Counted from the stretch's first letter, positions 13,703 through 26,220 are shown. The stretch is 64,000 nt of DNA from Felis catus (GCF_018350175.1 NC_058368.1:150042001-150106000); one strand, 5' to 3'. The notes: generated by a model not told the origin, from the sequence alone. A program made the numbers and translations.

Positions 13703-13907
13703 GGGGCGCCTGGGTGGCGCAGTTGGTTAAGCGTCCGACTTCAGCCAGGTCACGATCTCGCAGTCCGTGGGTTCGAGCCCCGCGTCAGGCTCTAGGCTGA
13801 TGGCTCGGAGCCTGGAGCCTGTTTCCGATTCTGTGTCTCCCTCTCTCTCTGCCCCTCCCCCATTCATGCTCTGTCTCTCTCTGTCCCAAAAATAAATAAA
13901 CGTTGAA

Positions 13908-13920
<13 letters not shown>
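13703..13920 (+). mobile_element. Young feline Can-SINE (SINEC_Fc-like)
   Basis: CpG-rich cagccaggtcacgatctcgc..ttcgagccccgcgtc; TSD (ta)n-taaagaag. Confidence 0.97.
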
Positions 13921-13954
<34 letters not shown>

Positions 13955-13963
13955 TATATATAT
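13921..13963. repeat. (TA)n microsatellite
   Basis: TA run with a short CA interruption. Confidence 0.95.
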
Positions 13964-14736
13964 AAAGAAGTCATACAACTCAATACCAAAATAATTAAGA
14001 ATATGACTTAAAAATGGACCTGATCAGACATTTTTCCCAAGAATACATACAGATGGATAACAGACATATGAAAAAATGCTCAACATCACTAGTCATCAGG
14101 GAAATGCAAAGCCAAACCACAGTGAGATAGCATCTTACACCTGTCATAATGGCTAGTATCAAAAAGACAAGAAAAAACAAGTGTTGGCTAGGATAGGGAG
14201 AAAAAAGAACCCTCATGCACTGTTGTTGGGACTGTTAATTGGTGCAACCACTATGGAAAACAATATGGAGTTTGCTCAGAAATTAAAAAAAGAAATACCA
14301 TACAATCCAGCAATTTCACTTCTGGATATGTACCTCAAGAAAACAAAAACAGAAATCCAAAGATATATGCACTCCTATGTTGACTGCACTATTTACAATA
14401 GTCAAGATATGGAAGCAACTTAGGTGGTCCTTGATAGATAAATGGATTAAAAAGATGTTGTGTCTATATATGCAACAAAATATTGCTCATCCATTAAAAA
14501 AATAAAATCTTGTCATTTGTGATAACACGGGTGGATTTAGGGGGTATTATGCTAAGAAAAATAAGTAAGGAAGAGAAAGGCAAGTACTATATGATTTCAC
14601 TTCTATGTGAAAACTAAAAAACAAATGAACAAACAAACAAAAAAACAGAAGCAGACTCAGATACAGGGAACTGGTAGTTCCCAGAGGGTAAAGAAGTGGG
14701 GGACAGGTGAAACATATGAAGGGGATTAAAGTGAAA

Positions 14737-14970
14737 GAGGTGCCAGGGTGGGTCAGTTGGTTGAAAGTCCATCTCTTGATTTCAGCTTAGGTCATGATCC
14801 CAGGAATACGGGACGCAGCCCTGCATGGGGGGTGGGGAGTATTGTTCAGCATGGAACCTACTTAAGATTCTCTCTCTCTCCCTCTCTGCTCCTCTCCCCT
14901 GTTTGCTTGTGCGCTCACTCTCTCTCTCTCTCTCTCTCTCCCTCCCTCCCTCCCTCCCTCCCTCTCTAAA
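14737..14970 (+). mobile_element. Can-SINE (older) in an L1 3'UTR
   Basis: tRNA-like head, (CT)n and (CCCT)n tracts; TSD unclear. Confidence 0.9.
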
Positions 14971-15174
14971 AGACTTATAAACTTCCAGTTATAAGGTAAG
15001 TAGAGATGTAATGTACAGCATAGGGAATATAGTCAGTAACATAGTAACATCTTATGGTGACAGATGGCAACTATATTTATGGTGAGCATTTCATAATGTA
15101 TATGTCTAATCACTACTAAGTACACGTAAAACTAAAATGATATTGTATCTCAACTATACTTCAATTAAAAAAAT

Positions 15175-16460
15175 AGATAAATTGCCACTGCCAGTAACAA
15201 AGTCCTCTACTTTGCCTGTTGCTTTATTAGTATGGAAGCCTAAAGTAGCCGTATGGCAGTCTCAGGTCACAGTTAAGCAGAACTATTGTTGTGCACCACA
15301 CTGGAAGCATTCCTTCTTTGAGAACAAAGATTTCTAGACTAGCAGAGCCCAAATATGTAGAAATGGGAAACAGAAATTTTGCTACCTTATTACTAACAGT
15401 AAAGGGATATAAATGAATCCCACTTTCTTCTTCTGATTTCTGAACCCATGAATCGTGGCTTTCAGAGAAACAGCATCATATACTGATCATGGATTGAGAG
15501 TACAGGTTGTATCTTGAGGACACTGCCCCAGTAGTGCAAGATATTGCCACCCAGTTGGCTCTCAGCTGTCTTCAATACATCATTCCATTGTTCCATCAAA
15601 CCAGCTGCTTTAGATGCATGGTAAAACCAGTGAATGCTATGAACATGGAAACATGCTTTCCTTGATATACACATGTACTTTATTTGATATAAAATGAGTT
15701 CCTAGGTCAGAAATGATACTGTGAAAAATTCTATGATGGATGAGACATTCTGTAAGTCAGAGATAGTTTTGACAGAAGTGTTGCAGGCAGAGAAGGCAAA
15801 TACATTGTCAGTGTCTATTACTCCTTTCATGATGAAAGCAATCCAGTTTAATCAACCAGCTACTGAGTAGCTCCTGTTCCTTCTGCAGAAATATGCCCCA
15901 TCAGGGGCTCAGTGTTGGTCTGTAATTTTGGAGGACTGAGTACTCACTAGTTGGCTGTTGCCAGATGGATCTTAATGAGTGGAAATCATGCTGCTTCACG
16001 CAGGTATCCTCCCTACCTGCTGCCATGGCTGGAGAGGGATGTTGTCTGAAGTCCTCATTGTGCGATCTTCCACCTAATCTTAAAATCTTCCTCTGATAGG
16101 GTCATCATCCGGTGAGCACTCACATGGGATACAAGTATCTTCATATTCAGAACCTGTTCAGAGAGATATTTCTACAGTTTTCTTACCAAGAGTCTATCTA
16201 CTCAAACTGTTAGTCACAGCTCACATTTTGGTATAGATCTATGTATCTGGCTGTCCACTTTTCCAGGCAAAACAAACCCGTAGGTGCACTGCTTATAGTC
16301 AGCCTCCTGAAAAGTCAGTTCTCTTCATCAGTGTCCTTCAGAGCAACCCGGGATAGGTTTATATTGCTGCAGCAACATGCTTCCAGGTGATACCTGCATA
16401 TTATGCAGAAAAATATACATACCAGGACTGAGTATTTTCTTCCTCAGCTTAAATATCATT
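15175..16460 (-). mobile_element. ERV-L pol remnant (RNase H - integrase - dUTPase start)
   Basis: Minus frame HSIHWFYH..AAGLMEQWNDVLKT..QLGGNIL..WG matches ERV-L integrase (HGIHWSYH..AAGLIERWNGLLK); RNase H-like EEENT..W near 16400-16450; many frameshifts. Confidence 0.88.
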
Positions 16461-16604
16461 GTACATCTTTACTAGCAATTCATGTTTCCTCCTTTTCAAT
16501 TGGCTGTTTATATCCAGCATCAACTTTTTATTGGTGATCTCTGAATAGTGATCCACATGTTCATCTTGACCTTCTCTTTTCTTGCCAATGGTTTTTAAAA
16601 TGTT

Positions 16605-16842
16605 GGGGTGCCTGGGTGGCTCAGTTGGTTAAGCTTCCAACTTCGGCTCAGGTCATGATCTCACAGTTTGTGGGTTAGAGACTTGCGTTGGGCTCTGTGC
16701 TGACAGCTCAGAGCCTGGAGTCTGCTTCGGATTCTGTGTCTCCCTCTCTCTCTGCCCCTCCCCTGCTCATGTTCCATCTCTGTGTGTCTCTCTCTTTAAC
16801 TCTCTCAAAAATAAGTAAATATTAAAAAATTTTAAAAAAAGT
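16605..16842 (+). mobile_element. Can-SINE
   Basis: TSD aaatgttg at 16598-16605 and 16843-16850. Confidence 0.95.
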
Positions 16843-17579
16843 AAATGTTGATCCTCTTGTTGCATTTATGAATGAAACATTAACATAAGTTTCTTTGCTT
16901 TAAGGAAGTTTTTGTCTTCAATAGTCATTAAATTTGGGGGGGTGGAGGAGGTTTAATTTTGTTTTATGTTGACAGGCAAGATTTCCTATAAATGTGTGCG
17001 GAGCAGTCTTCCTAACTGCACCAGTAAGTGGGACTTTATTGTGGGTGTGAATAGCTTTAGAGTATCTGACTTCTGAGCGGATTTGACTTTTTTCTTCTTT
17101 TGTCAGTGTGTCATTGAAGGTGTAAGTTATTCTTTTTATTATTGCTGTCCCCAGTACCCTTTTTATATCTTTCCCTTAAAGACTGTCCAATGTCCTGAGA
17201 GAATATCTCTTAGGTTTTATCCAATGTCTAAACTCTACCCTTGCTGCCAAGTGTGATCATATTTTGTATACACGGTAAGTAGAAATGGGAAAAAGGACTC
17301 TACTGACTTAGCTGTATTGAAACAAGCTGTCCAATTTATTATGCTATGGTTGTTCCTGCTGTTTGCATTTGTTGACTTTGACCAGGGAGCTTTTCTGTGA
17401 CTCCCTTTGGAAGGGACCCTCTTAACCCTGGACAAATATCTTATATCTGAAGCTTGATATAATAGTTTATAAGGGTAAAAAGAGATTTATTTGAATAAAG
17501 GTTTTACTAAAGCAAATTACTCTGAACCAATTACATTTCTATATGGTTAAAGAAGATTTAAATATTTTATATAAATATA

Positions 17580-17700
17580 GTACCAGCTCTGCCACTTGTT
17601 TTTGGTGTAACTTTGGGCAAGTTAGGTAATCTTTAAATTCCTCAGGTTTGCCTTTTATAATGCTCATAGTGTTGTGAAATTAGTTGACATATGTAGAAAA
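17580..17700 (+). mobile_element. MIR relic
   Basis: ccagctctgccactt..gtaactttgggcaagtta. Confidence 0.65.
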
Positions 17701-19739
17701 TAATTGGAATCATCTTTAGCAGGGGCATGTTCTAAATTATTTTCTAATGTTCTTCATATTGTACAACTTTAGGTTATAAAAATATCTTTGTGTTTGTCAC
17801 TGTTTGTACAGATGCAGTACTGATGTTTAAAACACAATGTCTTGAGTTTGGAGCTGAGGAAGATAGCAGACTAGTAGGCTCCTGAGCTTTCCTCAACCCG
17901 TAGACACACGGAGGCAACAACTTTTACTTATGAAACTAACTCTGAAAACAATCTGAAGAGTGGCAAAACACATCTTCCACAGCTAACTGTAGATAGACAG
18001 CCACATCAAAAAGGGTAGGAGGGGCAGAGACATGGTCAGAAACCAACTCTCCAGTGCAAGTAGACATCAATGGGAGTGACATCATGAGCAGAGAGGACTG
18101 AGGGATCAGAAAGACGCCATACTAGGCACCCCTGGCCCCAGGGGCCCACACTGGAGGGACAGTATAGCTTTGATAAGCAGTGAAGCTTAACTCCAGGAGT
18201 TCTAAAAATAATCAGGACTTAACTCTGGATGCCTTAAAAACCAGCAGGCTTAACTCCAGGAGAGCCAGAGAGAGATAGGTAACTGAGTCCCCACCCTTAA
18301 AGAGTCAGCATACAAAGTAACTTGGCCTAAAACAGCAAAAGCAGCAGTTTGAAAAGCGCCTAGGGCATGCATATAGGAGATTTATGGACTAATCAGAAAA
18401 TGTGTGCTGGAGAGGGGAGAGATCTGCAGGTTTCTCTGGAAACAAAAAGGTGGGTGGATGCCATTTCTCTTCCCCTCCACTATCCTTAATAGTTGGAAGA
18501 CTGCAGGAGCCAGCCGTAATAGTCGGTCTACTTTGCTAGCACTGCATGCCCCATCCTGGTGTTCCTGTGTGGTCCCTCCAAACAGCACCCCCTCAGCAGT
18601 CATTCCCCCAAAGCAGAACCTGCCCTACGACATTCATTGGGCAGTCCCGGCTGAAACTGGTACTACTCCAAAGAGACTCCCACCCTGGGGATGAGTGGCG
18701 GGGCAGGGTAGAGATAACCCCACCTCACACACCACTGCATCTACAGTTCCTGTAGGCAGGTATCTTAGGTGGCTGTGTAGGGAGAGAGCCCTGCCCTTCA
18801 GTGCACCCACAGCTCTGGCAAAGGGCTAATTGTAGACAGCCTGCTGACCCACCCACCAACAAGCCCAGGGTTACTGTAGACAGAACTGTCAATAGTGTGG
18901 AAAGGAAATCCTGCCCACTGCACCCACAGCAGACAAAACAGGTCACTGGAGCCAGCTGGGCGGAAAGCAATCATGTCTTAGTCACAAAAGAAGGGCACAT
19001 GTAGCCCACAAGGGATACTCCCGAACTGCCTGGTTCTGGTGACCAGGGGGGAAATTGCTCTACAGGGCAGCATAGGACTTGTTCTACACAAGACCAATAC
19101 TTTTAAGACTAGATGTAGCTGACCTCCCTAACACATAGAAACAAACACAGAGAGCTAGACAAAATAAGGAGACAAAGGAATTTGTCAGAAATGAAAGTAT
19201 CACACAAAATCATAGTAAAAGAGCTAAATGAAATATTGATAAGCAAAATGCTTGATAATGCATTCAAAGTGATAATAAGGATACTCACTGGACTTGAGAA
19301 AAGTGGATGAATTTAGTGAGAACTTAAATGAAGAGAAAATATATAAAAGAACCAGTTCGAGCTGAATAATTCAGTACCTAAAATAAAACATACACTAGAG
19401 GAAATAGACAGATTAGAGGATGTAGAAGAAGGGATCAGTAACCTAGAAGACGGGGTAACGGAAAGCAACCAAAGTGAACAGCAAGAAGAATAAAAAATGA
19501 GAAGAGGTTAAGGGAACTCAGTGACACCATCAACTATAATAACATTGCATTATAGGGATCCCAGAAAGAAAAGAAAGGGAGAAGGGGGCAGGAAATTATT
19601 TGAAAAAAATAATAGCTGAAAGATTCCCTAATCTGGGGGAGGAGACAGACATCCAGTTTCAAGAAGCACAGAGAGCTCCTAACAAGATTAACTGAAGGAG
19701 ATCCACACCAAGACATACAATGATTAAAATGGTAAAAAT

Positions 19740-19971
19740 GGGGTGCCCGGTGACTCAGTCAGTTAAGCATCTGACTCTTGATTTCAGCTCAGGTCATGAT
19801 CTCAAAGTTTTTGAGATCAAGCCCTTCATTGGGCCCTGTGCTGACAGCCTGGAGCCTATTTGGGATTCTCTCTCTCTCCCTGTCTCTCTGCCCCTCCCCC
19901 ACTCACTCACATGCATGCTCTCTCACTCTCTCAAAAATAAATAAATAAATAAATAAATATTAAAAAATAAA
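19740..19971 (+). mobile_element. Can-SINE in L1 ORF1
   Basis: TSD taaaatggtaaaaa at 19725-19738 and 19972-19985. Confidence 0.96.
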
Positions 19972-21128
19972 TAAAATGGTAAAAAATAAGGATAAGGGAT
20001 CATTTTAAAATTAGCAGTAGAAAACAGTTATTTACAAAGAAAACCTTGTAACACTATCAGCTCAGTTTTTGGCAAAAACATTGTAGATCAGAAGGGAGTG
20101 GCATGATATATTTGAAGGGCTGAAAGAAAAAAACCTCTAACCAAGAAATCTCCACCCAGCAAGTCATTCAGAATAGAAACAGACAGTGTTTCCAAGACAA
20201 AAGTTAAAGGTGTTCATCTCCACTAAACAAGCCTTCCAAGCAATGTTAAAGGGAATTCCATAGTGGAAATAAAACACCATAACTAGAAGAAAATTATGAA
20301 AGGAATATACTCTCCTGGTATTTAAAGCAAATGTATAAAGGAAGTAGATTAATCACTTAGAAAGCCAGCATGGAGGTTAAAGCACTAAAGTAGTAAAAAT
20401 CAATTACATCTACAAAAATTAGTCAAGGAATACACAAAATAAAAATATGTAAAATAGTACATCAGATGTATAAAACATGAACAAGGGAGTTAAAATTCAG
20501 TGCTTTTAAATTATATATATGAATTTAAGTGACCATTAACTTAACATAGATTGCTATACATATAGAATGTTATACATGAACCCAATGGTAACCATAAATC
20601 AAAAACTTATAATAGAAGTACAAAAAATAAAAAGAAAGAAATCCAAGCATAACACTAAAGAATCCCATAATGCCACAAGGAAGAAATAGAGAATTTGAAC
20701 AGACGGGTTACTAGTAACAAATTTGAATTGGTAATCAAAAACTCCCAACAAAAAAATGTCTAGAATCAGATGGCTTCATAGGTGAATTCTACCAAACATT
20801 CAAACAAGAGTAAATATCTATTTTTTTTTAAACTATTCCAAAACTAGAAGAGGAAGGAAAACTTCCAAACTCATACTGTAAGGCCAGCTTTACTCTGATA
20901 CCAAAAGCAGACAAAGACATTACAAAAAAAGACTGCAGGGCAACATCTGTGATTAACATAGAGGCAAAACCCCTCTATAAAATATTAGCAAACTGAATGT
21001 ATTAATACGTGAAAAGAGTCATTCACCACTGAAATCAAGTGGGATTTATTTCAGGGATGCAGGGGTGTTTCAAGAGGAAGAATAAAAATTATATGATTAT
21101 CTCAATAGATGCAGACAAAGTATTTCAT

Positions 21129-21345
21129 GGGGCACCTGGGCATTTCAGACGGTTGAGCATCCAACTTCAGCTCAGGTCATGATCTCATAGTTTGTGAGTT
21201 AGAGCCCGTGTCTGGCTCTGTGCTGATGGCTCAGAGCCTGGAGTCTGCTGGAGATTTTATGTCTCCTCCTCTCTCTGCCCCTCCCCATTCGCACTCTCTC
21301 TCTCTCTCTTTCTCTCAGAAAAATATATAAACATTAAAAAAAATA
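21129..21345 (+). mobile_element. Can-SINE in L1 ORF2
   Basis: TSD aaag(t/c)atttca at 21117-21127 and 21349-21359. Confidence 0.95.
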
Positions 21346-21571
21346 GGAAAAGCATTTCACAAATACAACATCTATTCATGATAAAAACTCTTAACAAAAT
21401 GAACTTAGAACATACCTCAACAGAATATAGGCCTTTTAGGAAAAACCCACAGCTAATATCATAATCAATGGTAAGAAAATGAAAGCCTTTCCCTCTAAGA
21501 TCAAAAACAAGACAAGATGCCTTTTCTCACCACTTTTATTCAACCAAGTACTAAAATTTCCTGTACACAGA

Positions 21572-21785
21572 GGGGCGCCTGGGTGACTTAGTTGGTTAGG
21601 CATTCAACTTTGGCTCAGGTCATGATCTCACCATTCATGAGTTCAAGCCTCTGAGCTGTTCAGTACAGAGCCTGGAGCCTGCTTCACATTCTGTGTCTTC
21701 CTCTCCCTCTGCCGCTCTCCCACTCACACCCTGTCTCTGTCTTTCTCAAATATCAGTAAACATTAAAAATTTTTTAAAATAAACA
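21572..21785 (+). mobile_element. Can-SINE in L1 ORF2
   Basis: ggggcgcctgggtgac head, body and A-rich tail. Confidence 0.93.
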
Positions 21786-23802
21786 AAGTTCCTAGCCACT
21801 GAAATAAGACTATAGAAAGAAATTAAAAATATCCAAATTAGTAAAAAAGAAGTAAAACTGTCACAGTGTGCAAATGACATGATACAGAACCCTAAAAATC
21901 CACCAAAATGCTATTAGAATGGATGAATTCAGTAAACTTGCAAGATACAAAATTAATATACTGAAACCTGTTGCATTTCCATAAATTAATAAAAAAACAA
22001 AAAGAAAAATTAACAATCCCATTTAAAATTGCACCAAAAGGAATAAAATACTTACAAATAAATCTAAACAATGAGTTAAAAGACCTACACACTCAAAACA
22101 GTAACACGTTGATGAAAAAATCGAATACAAACAAATGAAAAGATATTCCATGCTCATGTACTGGAAGAATTAATACTGTTAAAATGTCCATACTACCACA
22201 AGCAATCTACAGATTCAATGCAATCCCTATCAAAATACCAATAGCATTTTTTCACAGAACTAGGACAAATAATCCTAAAATATGTATGGCACTGTAAGAC
22301 CGCAAACAGTCAAAGCTGTCTCGATAAAGATGATTGAAGTTGGAGGTATCACAGTCCCAAATTTCAGGATAAACTACAAAGGCATAAAAAATCAGAACAC
22401 TATGGTACTGGTACAAAAATAGACACATAGATAAATAGAACAAAATAGCCCCGGAATAAAGCCACACTTAATCACACTAAATTGGTATGATCAATTCATT
22501 TATGACAAATAAGATAAGAATATACATGGGAAAATATAGACTCCAATAAATGCTTTTGGGAAAACTGGACAGCTAATGAAATTTGACCACTTACATACAA
22601 CTTACAAAAGACAAATTAAAAATGTTTAAAGACCTAAAAGTGAGACCTGAAACCATAAAACTTCTGGAAGAAAACATAGGCAGTAATCTCTTGGAAACAT
22701 AATTATTGATTACATCTCCTCAGGCGAAGCAAACAAAAGCAAATATAAACTATTGGGAGCACACCAAAATAAAAGGTTTTGGAAAGCAAAGGAAAACCAA
22801 CAGGATGAAATAATTATCTACTGAGTGGAAGGAGACATTTGCAAATGATACATCTGATAAGGAATTAATATCCAAAATACATAAAGAAGAACATGACTCA
22901 ATAACAAAATCCCAAAGAATCTCATTAAAAAATGGGCAGAGGACTGGAATAGACATTTTTTCAAAGAAGACATATAGATAGCCAAAAGACATATGAAAAG
23001 ATGCTCAACGTTACTAATCATCAGGGAAATGTAAATCAAAACCACTGTGAGCTATCACTTCACCAGTCAGAAGGGTTAGTACTGAAAACACTAGAAATAA
23101 GAGTTGGCAAGGGTATGGAGAAAAGAGAAATCTCATGCACAGGTGGTGGGAAACAAATTGCTTCAACCACTGTGGAAAACAGTATGTAAAGTCCTCAAAT
23201 ATTAAAAACAGAAATACCATATCATCCAGGAATTCCATTACTGTGTATCTACTCAAATAAAATGAAAAAAAAGAAGAAAATTAAAACATTAATTCAAAAA
23301 GATATATGCACTCCCATGTTTACCTTGGCATTATTTACAATAGCCAAAAATTGGAAGCAATCCAAGTGCCAATCGATAACTAAACAGATAAAGAAGATGT
23401 ATATATGTACAATGGAATATTACTCATCCATAAAAAATAATGATATATTGCTATTTGCAACAACATGGATGGACCTAAAGGGTATTATACTAAGTGACAT
23501 AAATCATACAGACAATAAAATACAATTTCACTTATATGTGAATTCTAAAAAATAAACAGAACAGCCTCTTAAATATAGAGAAGAAACTGGTGGATGCTAG
23601 AGGGGAGGTGTGAGAGAGGGATAGGTGAAAGGGATTAAGAGGTATAAATTTCCAGTTATAAAATAAATAGGTCACAGAGAGAAAAAGTACAGCACAAAGA
23701 ATACAGTCAATAATATTGTAATAACATTGTATGGAGACAGATGGTGACTGCACTTACCATGGTGAGCATTGAGTAATATACAGAATTGTAAAATCACTAT
23801 TT

Positions 23803-24016
23803 AAAAAATTTTTTTCAATGTTTATTAATTTTGAGAGCCAGAGAGAGACAATGAGCAGGGGAGGGGCAGAGAGAGAGGGAGATACAGAATCTGAAGCAAG
23901 CTCCAGGCTCTGAGCTGTCAGCACACAGCCTGATGCGGGGCTCAAACTCATGAATGGTGAGATCATGACCTGAGCTGAAGTCAGAGACTTAACCGACTGA
24001 GCCACCCAGGCGCCCC
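23803..24016 (-). mobile_element. Can-SINE in L1 3'UTR
   Basis: TSD aaatcactattt at 23791-23802 and 24019-24030. Confidence 0.96.
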
Positions 24017-24084
24017 TCAAATCACTATTTTTACACCTGAAACTATATATTACATATCAACTATACCTCAATAAAAATGTTTTT

Positions 24085-25090
24085 TCTTACTTTGAAACAA
24101 TCTCAAATTTACAGACAAGATGCAAAAACAATAAAAATAATTTTTCCTTTGAACCACTTAAGATCTTTTTGCCACCCTAGATCTCCAAATATTTTAGTGC
24201 ATTCACTGAAAACAAGTATATTCTCCAATATAACCACAGTACTACTATCAATATTAAAACATTAACCTCTGATACTTTTTTATAATCCTCAGACTCTAAT
24301 GTTTCACCCATTACTTTCTCAGTAATTTTTTTTAGAGTATAAAGTGTATAATTCAAAATTATGTGTTGCCTTTAGCTATGTTGCCTCCTTCAGACGGGAC
24401 CGTTTCCTCAGTCTTTCCTTGGCTTACATGACTTTAACACTTTTAAAGATTACTGAAACATTACCTGATAAAATGTCACTCAATTAGGTTCTGTCTAATG
24501 TGCCTCATGATTAGATTCAGGTTATACATCTTTGCAAAGTATCACAAAAGCAATGCTGTGCTCTCATTGCATTCTGTAATTGAGTGCACAAATTTTGATT
24601 CGTCCCATTACTGCTGATGTTCACTTTGATCCTTTTCCTAAACTAATTGCTAGGATCTCCATTTTTCAAGTTAGTTTTTTAAACTTTGTAATTATTAAGT
24701 ATTTGCCTTGTAGAGCTAGATAAATATTTTCCTCAAAACTAATGTATTCATTCATCATAATAGACTATGGTTTCCTATTTTATTCAATAAGCTACAATCC
24801 ACATTGTCTTTTTTATTTAGTGCTCATATTGTCTAAGATTTAACCATTGGGAGCTCCCCGAAGCAGACTCCTGTGTTTTTTGCCATGACCTCATTACTCT
24901 TTGAACACTTCATCGCTTTCTAGCATAACAAAATTTCTCAGACATGTCTATACATTTCCTACCTTTCCCTGGAATGAGACATTTCTCTTAGGAACCCTGG
25001 TTCTATTAAGTGAATAATGATATTTAATGATATTTAATGATATTTAAAACCAATATCTGATGCTAGCTGAGCTCAATGCTTTGATACATT
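24085..25090 (-). mobile_element. Ancient L1 3'UTR (L1MC-like)
   Basis: ctttgaaacaatctcaaatttacaga and tcatgattagattcaggttatacatctttg are typical of antisense L1MC4/5 ends. Confidence 0.75.
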
Positions 25091-25099
25091 TCAGATACA

Positions 25100-26220
25100 A
25101 TTCCATAGTGGCTGCACCAGTTTGCATTTCCAACAATAGTGCAAGACGGTTCCCCTTTCTCCACATCCTTGCCAACAACTGTTGTTTCTTGTATTGTTAA
25201 TATTAACCATTTTGTGAGGATGTGGAGAAATGGGAACCCTCTTGTACTGTTGGTGGGAATGCAAACTGGTGCAGCCGCTCTGGAAAACAGTGTGGAGGTT
25301 CCTCAAAAAATTAAAAATAGATCTACCCTATGACCCAGAAATAGCACTGCTAGGAATTTACCCAAGGGATACAGGAGTGCTGATGCACAGGGGCACTTGT
25401 ACCCCAATGTTTATAGCAGCACTTTCAACAATAGCCAAACTATGTAAAGAGCCTAAATGTCCATCAACTGACAAATGGACAAATGGACAAATGTTATGCT
25501 AAGTGAAATAAGTCATACAGAGAAAGACAGATACCGTATGTTTTCACTTTTATGTAGATCCTGAGAAACTTAACACAAGACCATGAGGGAGGGGAAGGAA
25601 AAAAAAAAGGTTAGAGAAGGGGGGAGCCAAAACATAAGAGACTCTTAAGATCTGAGAACAAACTGAGGGTTGATGGGTGGTGGGAGGGAGGGGAGGGTCG
25701 GTGATGGGTATTGAGGACGGCACCTGTTGGGATGAGCAATGGGTGTTGTATGGAAACCAATTTGACAATAAATTTCATATTTAAAAAATAAACAAACAAA
25801 CAAACATTAAAAAATAATATTAGCCATTTTGAAAGGTGTGAGATGGTATCTTATTCTGGTTTTGATATGTATTTCCCTGATGATGAGTGATGTTGAGCAT
25901 CTTTTCATGTGTCTGTTAGCCATGCTGATGTTTTCTTTGGAAAAGTGTCTATTCGTACCATCTGCCTGTTTCTTAAATGGGTTGTTCTTTAGGTGTTGAG
26001 TTTGATAAGTTTTTATAGATTTTGGATACTAACTCTTCATCATATATGTCATTTGCAAATATCTTCTCCCATTCCATAGGCTGCTTTTTAGTTTTCTGAT
26101 TGTTTCCTTCAGTGTGCAGAAGCTTTTTATCTTGATGAAGTCCCAATAGTTCATGTTTGCTTTTGTGTTCCTTGCCTTTGGTGATGTGTCTGGTAAGAAG
26201 TTGCTCTAGCCAAGGTCAAG
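25100..26220 (-). mobile_element. Antisense L1 ORF2 fragment, host of the insertion at 25215-25815
   Basis: Continuous antisense ORF2 once the nested insert and one TSD copy are removed. Confidence 0.9.
25215..25815 (+). mobile_element. Young feline L1 3' fragment
   Basis: [27 protein letters not shown]; 3'UTR like 33470-33670; TSD aatatta(a/g)ccattttg at 25199-25214 and 25816-25831. Confidence 0.95.

Larger units (their letters stand above)
12831..15173 (+). mobile_element. 5'-truncated L1 (ORF2 3' part plus 3'UTR) inserted into ERV-L
   Basis: ORF2 C-terminal text, 3'UTR ending caactatacttcaattaaaaaaa; hosts two SINEs. Confidence 0.95.
17850..24076 (+). mobile_element. Near full-length old L1 (5'UTR, ORF1, ORF2 lacking the endonuclease domain, 3'UTR); inactive
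   Basis: 5' end similar to those at 29580 and 48450; ORF1 relic about 19165-20270; jump into mid-ORF2 at about 20680; 3' end caactatacctcaataaaaa; four nested SINEs. Confidence 0.93.

Noticed and set aside
18382..19004. Cluster of overlapping ORFs in GC-richer sequence (also 29731-30491 and 48942-49359)
   Set aside because: These are L1 5'UTRs, where higher GC lowers stop density. There is no evidence for an ORF0-like product.
25017..25046. (aatgatattt)x3, and the 17-bp duplication at about 44829-44862
   Set aside because: Ordinary slippage duplications.
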